Shown here piece by piece: positions 13,120 through 26,942 of a DNA stretch of 64,000 nucleotides. The stretch comes from Octopus sinensis (Eukaryota). The stretch lies in contig NC_043002.1 of NCBI RefSeq assembly GCF_006345805.1, forward strand, positions 2,232,001-2,296,000, given 5' to 3'. Positions within the stretch are counted from its first letter, which is position 1. Each line of letters opens with the position of its first letter. The position numbers and the translations under genes were made by a program. The notes under the pieces were generated by a model. It saw only the letters and a program-made list of their open reading frames with translations. It did not search any database and had not been told where the DNA came from.

Positions 13120-13800
13120 TCGAAGAGAAAACACCACCAGAAAGTGTTCTAGTTCATACCATCCTTCTCCTTAAGCGTAAAAATCCGCGTTGCTAAGATT
13201 TTCTTTAACTTTGTAGACAAACACTTCCCTCGTGTAAATAGGTTCAGTTAAATATTTAATAGACACACCCTGATGGTTTCCTTTAGCCGTGAACCTCAAG
13301 TAAAAAAGATATTAGTGGGTCGACCCACACCTGAGACAGAGGCAGGATGCTCATGTAGGGACAACACAACATGATCCCTTTATAGCCAATTGTAATACAG
13401 AAACCGTCGTAAGTGAGGCAGAGGTTACAGCAATTGGTCCAAATGGGCGACCAAATGTGGGAAAGAATGTGGGAGCGACTGAAGGTCACCTCATAACCAG
13501 ATACAACAACCACAATTCCTCCTTCAACATCCAGGAGTGACGATACATCACATCCCTGACCAAATACATAATGACGTTGAAAGAAAACACAACAGAATAC
13601 GACACAAAATGGAGAATATTAATCGAAGACAATACTTGCTTCAATAGCTGCAGGAAGAGTTGTTTATGCTTAGCCGAGAAAAGATCCATATTAAGCAACT
13701 CTCAGCATCCATACATCTATCTAAACAGTAGAAATGAAATTTTTAGTCCTTGCCCATATGAAAGGAAATATATTCTGTCATACCTATGTACTCCATCATG
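13120..13800 (+). mobile_element. Penelope-like element fragment (RT thumb to GIY-YIG C-terminus)
   Basis: FIPSFSLSVKIRVAKIFFNFVDKHFP..IFNRHTLMVSFS and TSLTKYIMTLKEN..KWRIL..CLCLAEKRSIL..LNSRNEIFSPCP; many stops. Confidence 0.8.
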
Positions 13801-14409
13801 ACTATAGTCGCCAGTTCCCCAACTGCGGCTCTTCCTCCACTAATACCTGGAAACCTGGGAAAGAGACCAAAACATACACATACGTAGTTACAACCACATC
13901 CGCGCCTTTAAACGGGCGGACATCCACTCAAAATCCTTGTTCCACCCCCGCCTCAATATACCCCCCCCCCCCAACAATCCATACCTACAGAAATACTCAA
14001 AAGAATCTAAGCAAAACAGGCACAAAACACACACACAAACGAACACTCAGGTATTTCTGTGACTTGTGGGCATCCGCCCACAACCCAGAAAACGCCACAC
14101 ATATGGTACCACTGCACACATTGCAACCTTACAATAATACAAACCCCTAAACCATACACACATTTCCATCGTGCATATGAAAGAGATTCTCTTAGCTGAT
14201 CGAGGGCTTTTGTACTTGTTACATGGTTTATTACTATATAATTTAGTCCCACATAATTTATTGTTACCGTGCTGGGTTGATCATCGCAGATGCGTCTTTA
14301 AATTGGCGTGGCTTAGCCAGGACAGTGGATCGGTCTACGATACAAGTACCTGCACCACAATGAATGTCTTTCATCAGAACTAGTCTGCCAGAAACATTCC
14401 TACACCCCA

Positions 14410-14886
14410 AGCAGCATTTACTTGTGAATGCTCATAGAGAGAACAGAAAACTTTATTAAACGTTTACGACCGAAGGCCGTACAGTTTGAAGGAGAATTAC
14501 CTAAAACAGTCACTGAACATTTCGATATTAAATCGCGGAAATTTCTTCTACGAGTCAAAGACTTTATCCACTTCGAAACCGATCTGCTGATTAGGTTTAC
14601 TAAGTGCATTTATTCTCACCAGTTCCGATCTAAAATTGCTAAAGACACAAGACTAAAAAAAAACTTTAATAGTAAGTTTATATTTTCGGACAAGATTAAC
14701 AATCGATTCGAATTAGATAGAGACATACATGATAAATTGTTAACTAATGCCATTGAGCATAAATATAAGAAATCTGCTATAAATCCATATAACGCTATTG
14801 ACATGGAGGCTAAAACCATCACAAACGCGTTTAATGTAGGTAAAAGAACTGAATGTCTGGTCAAGAGAAGGCGTATATTTCACTGA
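14410..14886 (+). mobile_element. Penelope-like element N-terminal ORF fragment
   Basis: IERTENFIKRLRPKAVQF..HFDIKSRK..FETDLLIRF resembles the PLE pre-RT region; followed by an HHR-bearing terminal sequence. Confidence 0.7.
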
Positions 14887-15146
14887 CTTTCATCATAATA
14901 GACTTTCATAATAGAGTGTAGAGTAGTTAACCCTGCCAAGACTGAACTAACTCTTTATTCTTTGCATTCTATTTTTTACATTTTTATCAACCATTTGTTG
15001 CCCGTCGAGCTCTGAATACACAGCACAGTTATTCTGCTCTACCAATCTACTTCGTAACCGACTACTTCCAACACACCAATACTATCAACACCATCCAGCA
15101 ACACATATGAGCGAAATGTAAAATTTATAACTTAGAAGCCAAATTA

Positions 15147-15257
15147 TGTAAGCTGATGAGGTTTATTCCGCACTGTGGGGGTGCGTTCGATTTCATTACA
15201 TCGTTTCTCATCCACAAGGGAGCAGTGCAGAAGTATGCCGAAACGATCGTCGTGATA
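15147..15257 (+). ncRNA. Type I hammerhead motif with long stem II insertion
   Basis: CUGAUGA (15153-15159), G-G/C-C closing of an 80-nt stem II whose arms GGUUUAUUCCGCACUG and CAGUGCAGAAGUAUGCC pair, then GAAA CGAUCG UC. Stem III palindrome ACGAUCGU; stem I degenerate. Confidence 0.7.
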
Positions 15258-15520
15258 AGTAAAGTTTCCAATACACAATCTTCCGTAACAATCATTTAGA
15301 ATTTACTCAACGTGCACCAATAAATTCCTAACGTAGCTCCAGCAACCAAACTCCATTCAGCGCGGATGAAGCTTGGCAGCTTTAAGAGGTGAATATATCT
15401 GCCTTCAACTCAGTCGCGAGCATGTGTTTCGCTTATTTTTATTGTGTGTTTTTTACTACATAAATCTCACCAACTGCCTACTCTGAGTAATTACTGACGG
15501 CAGGTGCCTGATATATATAT

Positions 15521-15550
<30 letters not shown>

Positions 15551-15551
<1 letters not shown>

Positions 15552-15846
15552 CACGTCATCACGTGACCGACCAGGCTATCAGATGTTGCTACACGTCGCT
15601 GGTCACAATGCGCTTCGCATTGTTTTAGCCTTCAAATGACGCCACCCCGCTGGCTAAGTGAGCAGGTCAACAGAAGAAAAAGCAAGAGAAAGTTCTGGCG
15701 AAAGAGTACAGCAGGGATCGCCACTGCCAGAGTTTTAGGTGTTTTCGCTCAATAAACACTGACAACGCCCGGTCTGTTTGGGAGTCGAAACCGCGATCCT
15801 ACGACCGCGAGTCCGCTGCTATAACCACTGAGCCATTGCGCCTCCA
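15551..15846 (-). mobile_element. tRNA-derived SINE (second family)
   Basis: Minus head TGGAGGCGCAATGGCTCAGTGG (A box) ..GGTTTCGACTCC (B box). The same head occurs at 56100-56178; the tail recurs at 26775-26890. Confidence 0.8.
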
Positions 15847-15857
15847 TATATTTATAT

Positions 15858-15914
<57 letters not shown>

Positions 15915-16939
15915 TGAACATATATATATATATATATATAATATGTATATATATATATATGAACATATATATATATATATATATATATGAACATATATAT
16001 ACATATATATATATATATGTGGGGGGGTGTATTTATTTATTTATATATTTATTTAGTTATACACACATAGATATATACATATATATGTATATACGCATGT
16101 GTGTATGTGTGTGTATGTATATGTGTGTTGCAGAAGGTTTGATATTTGAAAGAGGGTTAAACAAATAACTTTGTGAATAAGTGAATACAAGAGAGTGAAT
16201 GTTATTTATGTCGCAAATTGTGAATTATTGCTTCTCTAAAAAAATAAATCCTCAAAAGTGATACGATGAAAAAAAATCACTTCACAACGACAAAAAAACT
16301 GTCATTATGGTTAAGTGAACAAATATCTGAAATATATCAACTTTTTGGAAATATTTTTCACACGACGTTAAATCTCATCTCGAGACAAAAGGTGAAAACA
16401 AATGATTTGAAAAAAATTCCGCGCGACAAAAGATAAATGGCGAATATTTCAAGCATTGTATAGTCTTTAAATGTCGAAATAATTCTATGAAACCTTTGCT
16501 GCTTTTCAAAATATTTGTTAATCTTTCTGAGCTACCAATGTGCCTGTTGACCCTTAAGCTTCTACTTTGCTATGAACCTTTTCCAGCAGTTAAGATGTCG
16601 TGAAAAGAATGACAAACTAAATGAAATTAATGATTTGTTTAGCTTCGTAGTATGACTCGTTTTTGTGTACATCTTTCAAATTTCAACTTATTCTAGGGTG
16701 AAAAATTTATCCAACTTCAGAAATTAAGCTTCGATGTTCCACCTTTCAGCCAATCAAATGCTAAGTGACTTTCAGCCAACCAGGGAGAATCAATAAAGTT
16801 TTTCCAATTGCTACAATTTCTTTTGAAATTCTTGAGACTGGTGGAATTCAACACAATGATATAACAGAAAAGATAAAGAAAGATTATCTGCAATGAGTGA
16901 TAAATATATTGGATTTAAAGTTGGATTCAGAGACATAAT

Positions 16940-18100
16940 TTCGGTAATAAACTAGCAAGCGGTCGCAGTAGTTTGGTATGGCGCTGGACTTCTGAAGTGG
17001 ACAGAGGATGAGCTGTAAAAGTTGGACCGGTAGAGAGGAAAACTGCCACCAATGCATGGAGCCCATCGTCTACGTACAGACACTGATCGCCTACACATGA
17101 AGAGACCACATGGAGGAAGAGGACTGGTAACTGTGGAAGACTGCGTGCATATCGAACTTTAGAACCAGCTGAGGTATCTGTGCCTGATTGAGGAAACCTT
17201 GCTAAGGAGACATTAGAGATGAGGCAGATTGAAATCAGGGAAAAAGAAAAGAACAAAGTGACAAGTAGAGGAAAGACACGAAGAAGCTCTAGCCAAGAAG
17301 TGACTAAAAAATAAAGCTCGTCTAGCCACAACTGAAGTTATTGGAGAACATAGACGGGACTGGCTGAGGAAAGGAGCTTTGGGGAAAGAGATTGGCAGAA
17401 CTGTACCTGGTTAGCGCAAGTTCGAAATTTCGCCACAAATTGGAGGGTCAAATTTAGGATAAGCAGGTGTCTCCACTGTGCTGAATGTGCAATAAACGAA
17501 ACTATTGCCTGAATGGTAAACGAATGACCTCAGCTTGCCCAAAACCAATACAAGCTGTGACAACACGAGGAGGGAGCGAAAGTGCTACATTGGAAACTAT
17601 ATGAAAATTGGGGTCTAGAGAGAGGCGAAACGTGGTATGAGCGCAAACCAAAATGAGACCTGTAAAATCGGTGGGATTTACCCATCCAAACGAATCAGAT
17701 TCCCTAGCATAACAAACCGATCCTAGTTGTGGGGACAAGTCGCGCTACATATGCTATACAGTTGATATTGCATGTTCTTTTGACCCACGAAGAGTCAAGA
17801 CGGAAAGCGTGAAAATAGACATATACAATCCTCTTATTGTCGGGCAATGGAAAATGTAGAAGGTGAAGATAGTATCAATTATTTTTGAGGCCCTGGGGAC
17901 AGTATCAGAAGACATCAAGAGGAATATGAAGGAAATCGGAATAGAGTGCCCAGTAGAACTGTTACAAATGTTTTGCCTCCTTGGCACGGCCAGAATAATC
18001 AGGAAAGTATTAGATAGTTGTAAAGATCGGATAGCATGGCACCGTCGGCTGCAGGCAGCAAGCCCGCTAAGCATGAATGACTCCAGGAATTCCAACAAAA
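16940..18100 (+). mobile_element. Decayed R4/Dong-clade non-LTR retrotransposon, 3' portion
   Basis: AVAVVWYGAGLLKW..TDTDRLHMKRPHGGRGL; zinc-knuckle remnant SPLC*MC..ETIA; AKVLHWKL; C-terminus EALGTVSEDI..LLGTARIIRKVLDS. Confidence 0.8.
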
Positions 18101-18104
18101 CATG

Positions 18105-18575
18105 AGTTGGATGGAGAGGGGTATGCAAAAATCCTCTGGGACTTTGACTTCCAGTCAGATAAGATATTAGAGCACCGAAGGCCGAATATAGGAACATTTA
18201 GCGGGGACAAACAAGAGTGCCCCATAAGTGACGTTGCAGTGACAGGGGATCAACATTTGAAAGAAGAGGAAAAGGTTGATAAATATAGGGACCTGAGAAT
18301 TGAGATCACTAAGATGTGGCAACTACGAGAGTCAAACATAAAGGTTATCCCTATTGTCATCGGAGCATTGGGTTCAATACCAACCAACCTGAAAAAAAAG
18401 CATCCGAAAACCTTAGAGATACTCTACAATCTAGATGTATTGCAAAAGTAGGCATTGCTTGGTACCGCACGCATATTGCGTAAAGTACTGTCTGTCTGAG
18501 GACCTTGTTGTGACTAGATAAAACAGTACAAACCCTAGGTAGATACAACAACCTCACGATATTGTATCTTGTGCA
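18105..18575 (+). mobile_element. Second 5'-truncated R4/Dong-clade copy (REL endonuclease domain plus 3' UTR)
   Basis: KILWDFDFQSDKILEHRRPNI..ISDVAVTGD..EEKVDKYRDLRIEITKMW..VIPIVIGALG; ends in (TAA)n. Confidence 0.85.
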
Positions 18576-18579
18576 GCGT

Positions 18580-20544
<1,965 letters not shown>

Positions 20545-20740
20545 GCAAAATGTTGGCACAAGGCCAGCAATTTTAGGAGATGGAGCAAGTTGATTGCATC
20601 GACTATATTACCTGTTGACTGCTCCTTCATTTTAACGACGTCGAAAGGATGAAGGAGAAAGTTGATCCTGGCTGCATTTGAACTCAGAACGAAAGAAGTA
20701 GGCAGCACAAGGCCAGCAATTTCGACCCAGAACATAACTA
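20545..20740 (-). mobile_element. Degenerate SINE
   Basis: GGCACAAGGCCAGCAATTTT..TTTGAACTCAGAACG, shared with 22200-22387 and 48100-48225. Confidence 0.6.
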
Positions 20741-20843
20741 TTTTTCGGCCCTGGAAGGATGGACATCCTCTTTACTTTGGGGGAATTTTAACTTTGCTGT
20801 TCGTCCTTCCGGAGGCGATGAATTATAAGTAGTAGTAGTAGTA

Positions 20844-20914
<71 letters not shown>

Positions 20915-22199
20915 CAGCAGCATCAATAATCGTAACATAGATTGCTATTGAAAACTTTAATTATGAAAATCATTTCAATGCCAATCAAGCATTTAGTCGT
21001 TGAAGTTATGTTCTACTGAGATGGAATTTTCCTTATTTCACTTTGTCTTATATCAAATTTATCTAACTTGTAATTCATTTAATTTATTCAACCCCCACGC
21101 GTGGCCTAGATATATCCCCACCCGTTCATTAAAAGCAAGAATAGGAAGGATGAGGTTTCCCTTATTATAGGTTTTTCTATTCGTTTTATTAATTTTTTGA
21201 TGTGAAACGTTGCTGTTTTGTTTTCGAAATAATGTTGCATCGGTTCTTTTGTTTAGGTTGTATTGAAGGTGCACATGTTCAACTATGGCGAAATTGATAA
21301 TTCCATGGATTGTTGTATTGGCAATATCGTGGTTGCCACTTGAGGTTCTACAGTGCATTTCTTTGACAGCATTGGCAGTTTTCCATAAGATGTTTACTTG
21401 AAATAATGGAGGCGTACGGTGCCAGGATATTCAAAGCGATTTAGTGAATTCTTCAAGACAAAGGAATAATATAGATGCCATGAAATAGAAATTTGTGAAA
21501 ATGAAGACAATGTCAAAGGGCTTGTTAGCAGCGAAAGACATAGCAGCTATGTTGCGCGGGGGGGGTGGCTTTCCCTCATGAAGAAAAGACAATTAATCAT
21601 GTTATGGAAAAGAATTTGGCTCACTCATCACTTTTATTTTATTGCATACATTTTATATCTATCACGCAGTTATTTCTCTCAGGAAGCTGAAAATAATTCA
21701 CTCCATAAGAATAGATCAGGTGAGAAGCAAATAAGTATGCACTTCTTTATCACAAGAAATAACGGAATAGATACATTAATAACATGCGAAGAGATTTTTG
21801 GAAAATATCAAATCCAGATCACGTTTTAGACAGGAAATTATGTATTCATTCTCAGATTCAAAGAAAGCGTGTGCTGGCATTCAGCAGTGAGTGTTTTGTT
21901 TGAGTATGTTATATGGTTGTTTGTTTTTAGTGAAATATAATGCTTTTATTTTACTGTTGAAGTGTTGATATTGTTGTGTAGCGCAGGGGACAGTGGTTAA
22001 TCCGGCTTATAGCACATATCCTGTGCTCCAGATATACTGCTTTCCTCTCCAGTGGGCAACTACTGTGTGCCAAGACACGCAACTGCATATTTTAGTTCTT
22101 TTTATTAAATATCTATTGATTCTGCTGAAAGCTACAATGGTAGCGGTTAAGGTCAGACAGCTGCTTCTCCCCTGCCTCCGTTGCCAATCATAATATTGG

Positions 22200-22387
22200 G
22201 CTTAAATTGTGGCACAAGGCCAGCAATTTCGTGTGGGCTGGGGTAAGTGGATTACATGGACCCCAGTGCCTAACTGGTTCCTATTTTTTCCGACCTCGCA
22301 ATGATAAAGGGCCAGGTCAACTTCGGCGGAATTTGAGCTTAGAACGTAAAGACGGACGAAATGCCGCTAAGCATTTTGTCGAACACT
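22200..22387 (-). mobile_element. tRNA-derived SINE
   Basis: CAACTTCGGCGGAATTTGAGCTTAGAACGTAAAGACGGACGAAATGCCGCTAAGCATTT matches the family at 35420-36380. Confidence 0.75.
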
Positions 22388-22543
22388 CTATTACCATTAC
22401 TGCCCAGCTCCCTATGGCAATTATTGACCAGTGCACTATTGCCATTATTGCTCATCACCCTATTGCTATTACTGCCCAGCACCCTATGGCCATTATTGCC
22501 CAGCGCCCTATGGCCACTATTGCCCAACGCCCGATTGCTATTA
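22388..22543. repeat. 24-bp minisatellite, 6.5 copies (consensus about CTATGGCCATTATTGCCCAGCRCC)
   Basis: Units start at 22388, 22412, 22436, 22460, 22484, 22508 and 22532. Confidence 0.9.
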
Positions 22544-23397
22544 AACTCACGCGAACTTTCTGTTTTATGTGTTTCTATAATTCGCATATTTCTACACTTC
22601 TATATATTTTATACACGATGTATATTTTTATTCTCGCTATATAATTTTATACACGCCGTATATTTCTATGCACTCTCTGTTGTTATACTAGCTGTATATG
22701 TTGTATATTTTTATACTTGCTTATATTTTTATATTTGTTTATATTTTTACAATTGTTTTTTATTGGGATTTTGCATAAAATTTAAAAGAAGGGTTTAACT
22801 TTAGAAGCTAGATATTGAATTGTGTAGATTTGACGATAAATTTCCCATAATTTCAACATTTTCGTTTCAGTTAGTTTCCTGATTGTTAAACGCATGTTTA
22901 AAATAAGCTGACAGTTTAATGAGATCTCGTTTCAACTTACAAATTAAGTTTGAAGCTCATTATCTTCGAATGGCAAAACCAGATGAATAGCAATGGAGAT
23001 TACCAGAACGAATGGAAATTATGAAACATAACGTAAATTATAATTAAAAAAAACAATGAGTTAATTTTTCACTTGCTAATCATAGAAATATTAGGAAAGG
23101 CATGCTACATTGTAACCGAATGTTTGGCAAAGTTAATCACTTATTGTCATTCCTTTTGTCAAAATGACAAACCAGGAATTAGGTATGTTACTCAATATTA
23201 TAATTGTGTTATATTATCATTATGCAGAATTGTATTTCATTTCTCGTTCATATAATTGTATGGCCTTAAGACACTGTAAATCAGCCAAAGAGATGACAAC
23301 GGTGACTCTTTGAAAGAAACATAAAACCAACAAGGATGGCTACATTATTGATGTATTGTTATTGTTTTTTTAACGGAGATGATGTTCTTGATGATGG

Positions 23398-23434
<37 letters not shown>

Positions 23435-24207
23435 GTCGGGGCGCACCGACAGAGCAAGTCAGTGATCAAAGATGTTCGAATCATGACTGTTGAAATGTTT
23501 GTCTTAAGTACGATGCATCCTACGCGACTACATTCCACAATATGTCCATTATTTTTTTCCAAAACAGTAATGTGTTATTTGGTTGTTATTCCTCGCACAT
23601 CGAAACCACTTTCGGTCTCTCAGATAATATTTCATTCTGTTTCATTCTTCTTTGTTCTAATTAGGAAGTCACGTTTCTGATAAAATTATATAAGCGCCAC
23701 GTTATTGTTCACATTTCTTAGACCACGCTCTAACATAGAAAACGGGACTCTTTTTTAATTATTAACCACCAAAAGAAAATCATTTAATAAATCTCGAACA
23801 ACTTTCAAATAATATTCGAATAACTGCTTCTTTTACAACACCAACAGAAGCACCTACCGTTTGTCTTTTTACAACATTTTTTTGACGTATTTCGCTTATT
23901 GGGTCCTTTTCGAGGAAATACTCGCTCATCGAGGCACGTGGCGAAACGGGATTTATTTTTCGGACATATATCAGTAAATTTAATTCTCCCACAAAAGTCT
24001 CAGATTGAGTTTCAGTTATCAAGTCACACAGCGTTTAACGGCATAGTGCAAGCGTAAAAACTAGTTCTTTGTATTACAGGACACATAGCATATCACGTCC
24101 AGCATCTCACTCAACCCAGGATAAAGCAATGAAACTATTTAATAATTCAATGGAATGCGTTCAAATATATAGAATTTATTTAAATACGTATTTAAATAAA
24201 TGTTAAT

Positions 24208-24240
24208 ATCATGAAGAGCGAAAGCGAAACCGGTCGACAA
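24208..24240 (+). ncRNA. Minimal hammerhead motif, probably inactivated (C3-to-A)
   Basis: AUC AUGAAGA GC-GAAA-GC GAAA CCGG UC / GAC; stem III palindrome ACCGGU. Confidence 0.6.
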
Positions 24241-24366
24241 ACACAATACAAGATATATTAAAAATTATATCAAAATGTAAAATGTATGCATTTTCCTTCT
24301 TTAATTTCTTATATATATTACAACTCACCGCGTGGAGATAACCGAAATTCCTCCCTTTCTGTTACT

Positions 24367-24440
<74 letters not shown>

Positions 24441-24443
<3 letters not shown>

Positions 24444-24638
24444 AGATGTACTCGCATAGCAAGTAATTTGATCTGAGATCGTGTGCTGAAACGAAAACAA
24501 TTGCAGCGTGGAAGGTGTTTATAAGCCATTTAAGAAACACACAAAAGCCGTTCGATTCACTTCAACATTTAAGTTTAATTTGTCAAAATATTTTCGTCGC
24601 TAAAATCCGCGACCTGTTCACTGACAAAGTCCGTGCTG
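24441..24638 (-). mobile_element. About 200-bp non-coding HHR-bearing element flanked on both sides by (TA)n
   Basis: Unique sequence between two (TA)n tracts; HHR near its minus-strand 5' end; no ORF. Confidence 0.65.
24579..24628 (-). ncRNA. Minimal type I hammerhead with compensatory G3:C8 core
   Basis: UUUGUCA GUGAACA G GUCGC-GGAUUUUA-GCGAC GAAA AUAU UU / UGACAAA: 7-bp stem I, 5-bp stem II, stem III palindrome AAUAUU. Confidence 0.8.
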
Positions 24639-24643
24639 CATAT

Positions 24644-24676
<33 letters not shown>

Positions 24677-24696
24677 CTATATATATATATATATAT

Positions 24697-24730
<34 letters not shown>

Positions 24731-24795
24731 ATATATATACGTATCTTGAAATCTACAAGCTTTTCATCATTTTCGCTCTATTACCTCTTATTACA

Positions 24796-24830
24796 TTCTG
24801 ATGAAGAGCGTAGGCTCGAAACGTAAAAGA
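24796..24830 (+). ncRNA. Minimal hammerhead motif
   Basis: UU CUGAUGA A GAGC-GUAG-GCUC GAAA CG UA / AA; stem III palindrome ACGU; stem I only 2 bp. Confidence 0.65.
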
Positions 24831-26345
24831 TTTCCTCATCCTCCCGAGCATCAAACTAATACGCTTGCTTGTTGTTCATACACCTGTCTTCGTCTTTGAT
24901 TTTTCTATAAATTTCAGCTATATATATGGGTGGGTGTGTGTGTGTGTGTGTGGGTTCACAGAAAATATTAAGGATTAGAATGAATGAAGTACTTAAATGA
25001 TAGGCACCGGGTTGGGTCGAAATAACTTGTAAACAGCACCTCTAGTCGAAAAGCTATCATGGCTACTGAAGAGCATCCAGTAAAATATTCAGTTTATGTA
25101 TACAGAGAATTTAAAAGCCTTATTTAATAGCCTAAGGGCTAATCGAAAAGTGTACGTTGTATTGGTCCCACGTTTTTTGCTATACTCCAGAATGTCCGAC
25201 GTGTCGGGATTCTAGTGGGGTATATTATGAACAAATAAATAACAAGTGTCCCATCATTGCAGTTGTTTCCAACGGATGTTTTTAAAATATAGATTAATGA
25301 GTTCATCACGTCATAACTTTAAAAAACGCTTTCTTCAGATGATACATTTCAAAACAATATCAGAACAACACTTGGCCACAGTTGGTGAACCAAATCTGAT
25401 TTGAGCCAAGGCTGGCATGGAATGAGGGAACAAAGCGAAGCTAGCATGACATTAAGAGGTTAGTTAGTGAGTAGGGAGAACAAATAATTCATAGGTTCAG
25501 GGCAGTTAGTGGGCAGGTGAAGGGTGGGAGAAAGAAAAGAGCCAGGCAGTCTGGTTCTTTGTCGCAACCTGTAAGACAATGTTTGAGTTAATTATAAATG
25601 CATCTCCCTGCTATTCCTTTTATTGGATTCTGTTTTATTTTATGCCAGGTTTATTACACAAGGATCTGAGATGGGGATGAAACTAACACAGAGGATACTT
25701 AAGGCAATTAAGCGTTTAATAAGAGTGCAACATAAACATATTTAGAATTATTTAAAATTAAAGGGAAAGAGAAAGAGCTTAAATAGAATTTCGGGATTAT
25801 AACGGGAGATGGTGGTGACAATAACGAGAGTATTACCTAAACGGTATAGGTGACATTATATGAATTATGAAAATATAGATACAGAAGCAATAATAATTGA
25901 TAATAGCCAACAGCAATAATAAGGATCATACATCAACTATCAGGAGGCTTAGAGGTAGTTATAGACTAAACAAAACAGAATAAATAGAGGGGGGTAATGA
26001 ACTCAGAAAGTGATATAAAGCAGAATAAGGAGTTTATGAGAACGCTGATAATTAAAACCAATAATCAAAGATTGGTAGTATCTTGAGAGTTGATTATTCA
26101 GAGTCAGATACAAGATAGGTAAGGTACCAATACCAATTAATTGTAGGTTATAAACAGACATACTTATAGAAGAGGATATGTATACCGAAAAGGAAGTATT
26201 ATGCAATGGGTAAGGAGAAATGGATACGCTAATACCACTATCCATTTGTCCTTGATGCATTTTCAACTTTTTCTCAATACACACACACACACACACAAAC
26301 ACATACATACATACATATATATATATATATACATATATATGTATG

Positions 26346-26409
<64 letters not shown>

Positions 26410-26632
26410 CATATATATGTATATATACATATATACATATATACATATAGATATATATTGGGTTTTACTCATAAGTTATTGGGATCTTATACGTACACCA
26501 TTCTGGCTAAAATATGGATCTGCAAATACAATATCCCTGCACATCTCACATCTATTTTCTCTCCTCCACCTCACTCTCTATTTTGTATCTTATCTGAATT
26601 AACTATGACTTAACCATCCTCTCACACCGTCT

Positions 26633-26680
26633 CCAATGAAGGGATATTATAAATTAATATCCTAGAAACAGCTGTAAAAC
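26633..26680 (+). ncRNA. Degenerate hammerhead motif (core mutated)
   Basis: CCAAUGAAG GGAUAUU-AUAAAUU-AAUAUCC UA GAAA CAGCUG UA; 7-bp stem II, stem III palindrome ACAGCUGU; CUGA core and stem I decayed. Confidence 0.5.
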
Positions 26681-26774
26681 CTTCTATCTATAAATGTTCT
26701 AATATCTACACAGCCTTGGTTTTTTTATCTCATTACGAAAATCATTTATAAATATATATATATATATTTGATTT

Positions 26775-26890
26775 GATTTGATCGACCAGGCTATCAGATG
26801 CTGCTACACATCGCTGGTCACAATGCGCTTCGCATTGTTTTAGCCTTCAAATGACGCCACCCCGCTGGCTAAGCGAGCAGGCCAACATAT
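26775..26890 (-). mobile_element. Tail fragment of the SINE family at 15551-15846
   Basis: Near-identical GACCAGGCTATCAGATG..GCTGGCTAAGCGAGCAGG. Confidence 0.75.

Positions 26891-26940
<50 letters not shown>

Positions 26941-26942
<2 letters not shown>

Noticed and set aside
15770-15846. tRNA-like A/B boxes here and at 31718, 40756 and 56100
   Set aside because: No complete cloverleaf or anticodon arm can be supported; they continue into SINE bodies.
21250-21290. GCIEGAHV resembling the Harbinger GxIDGTH motif
   Set aside because: Catalytic Asp absent, stops follow immediately, and no TIRs were found.
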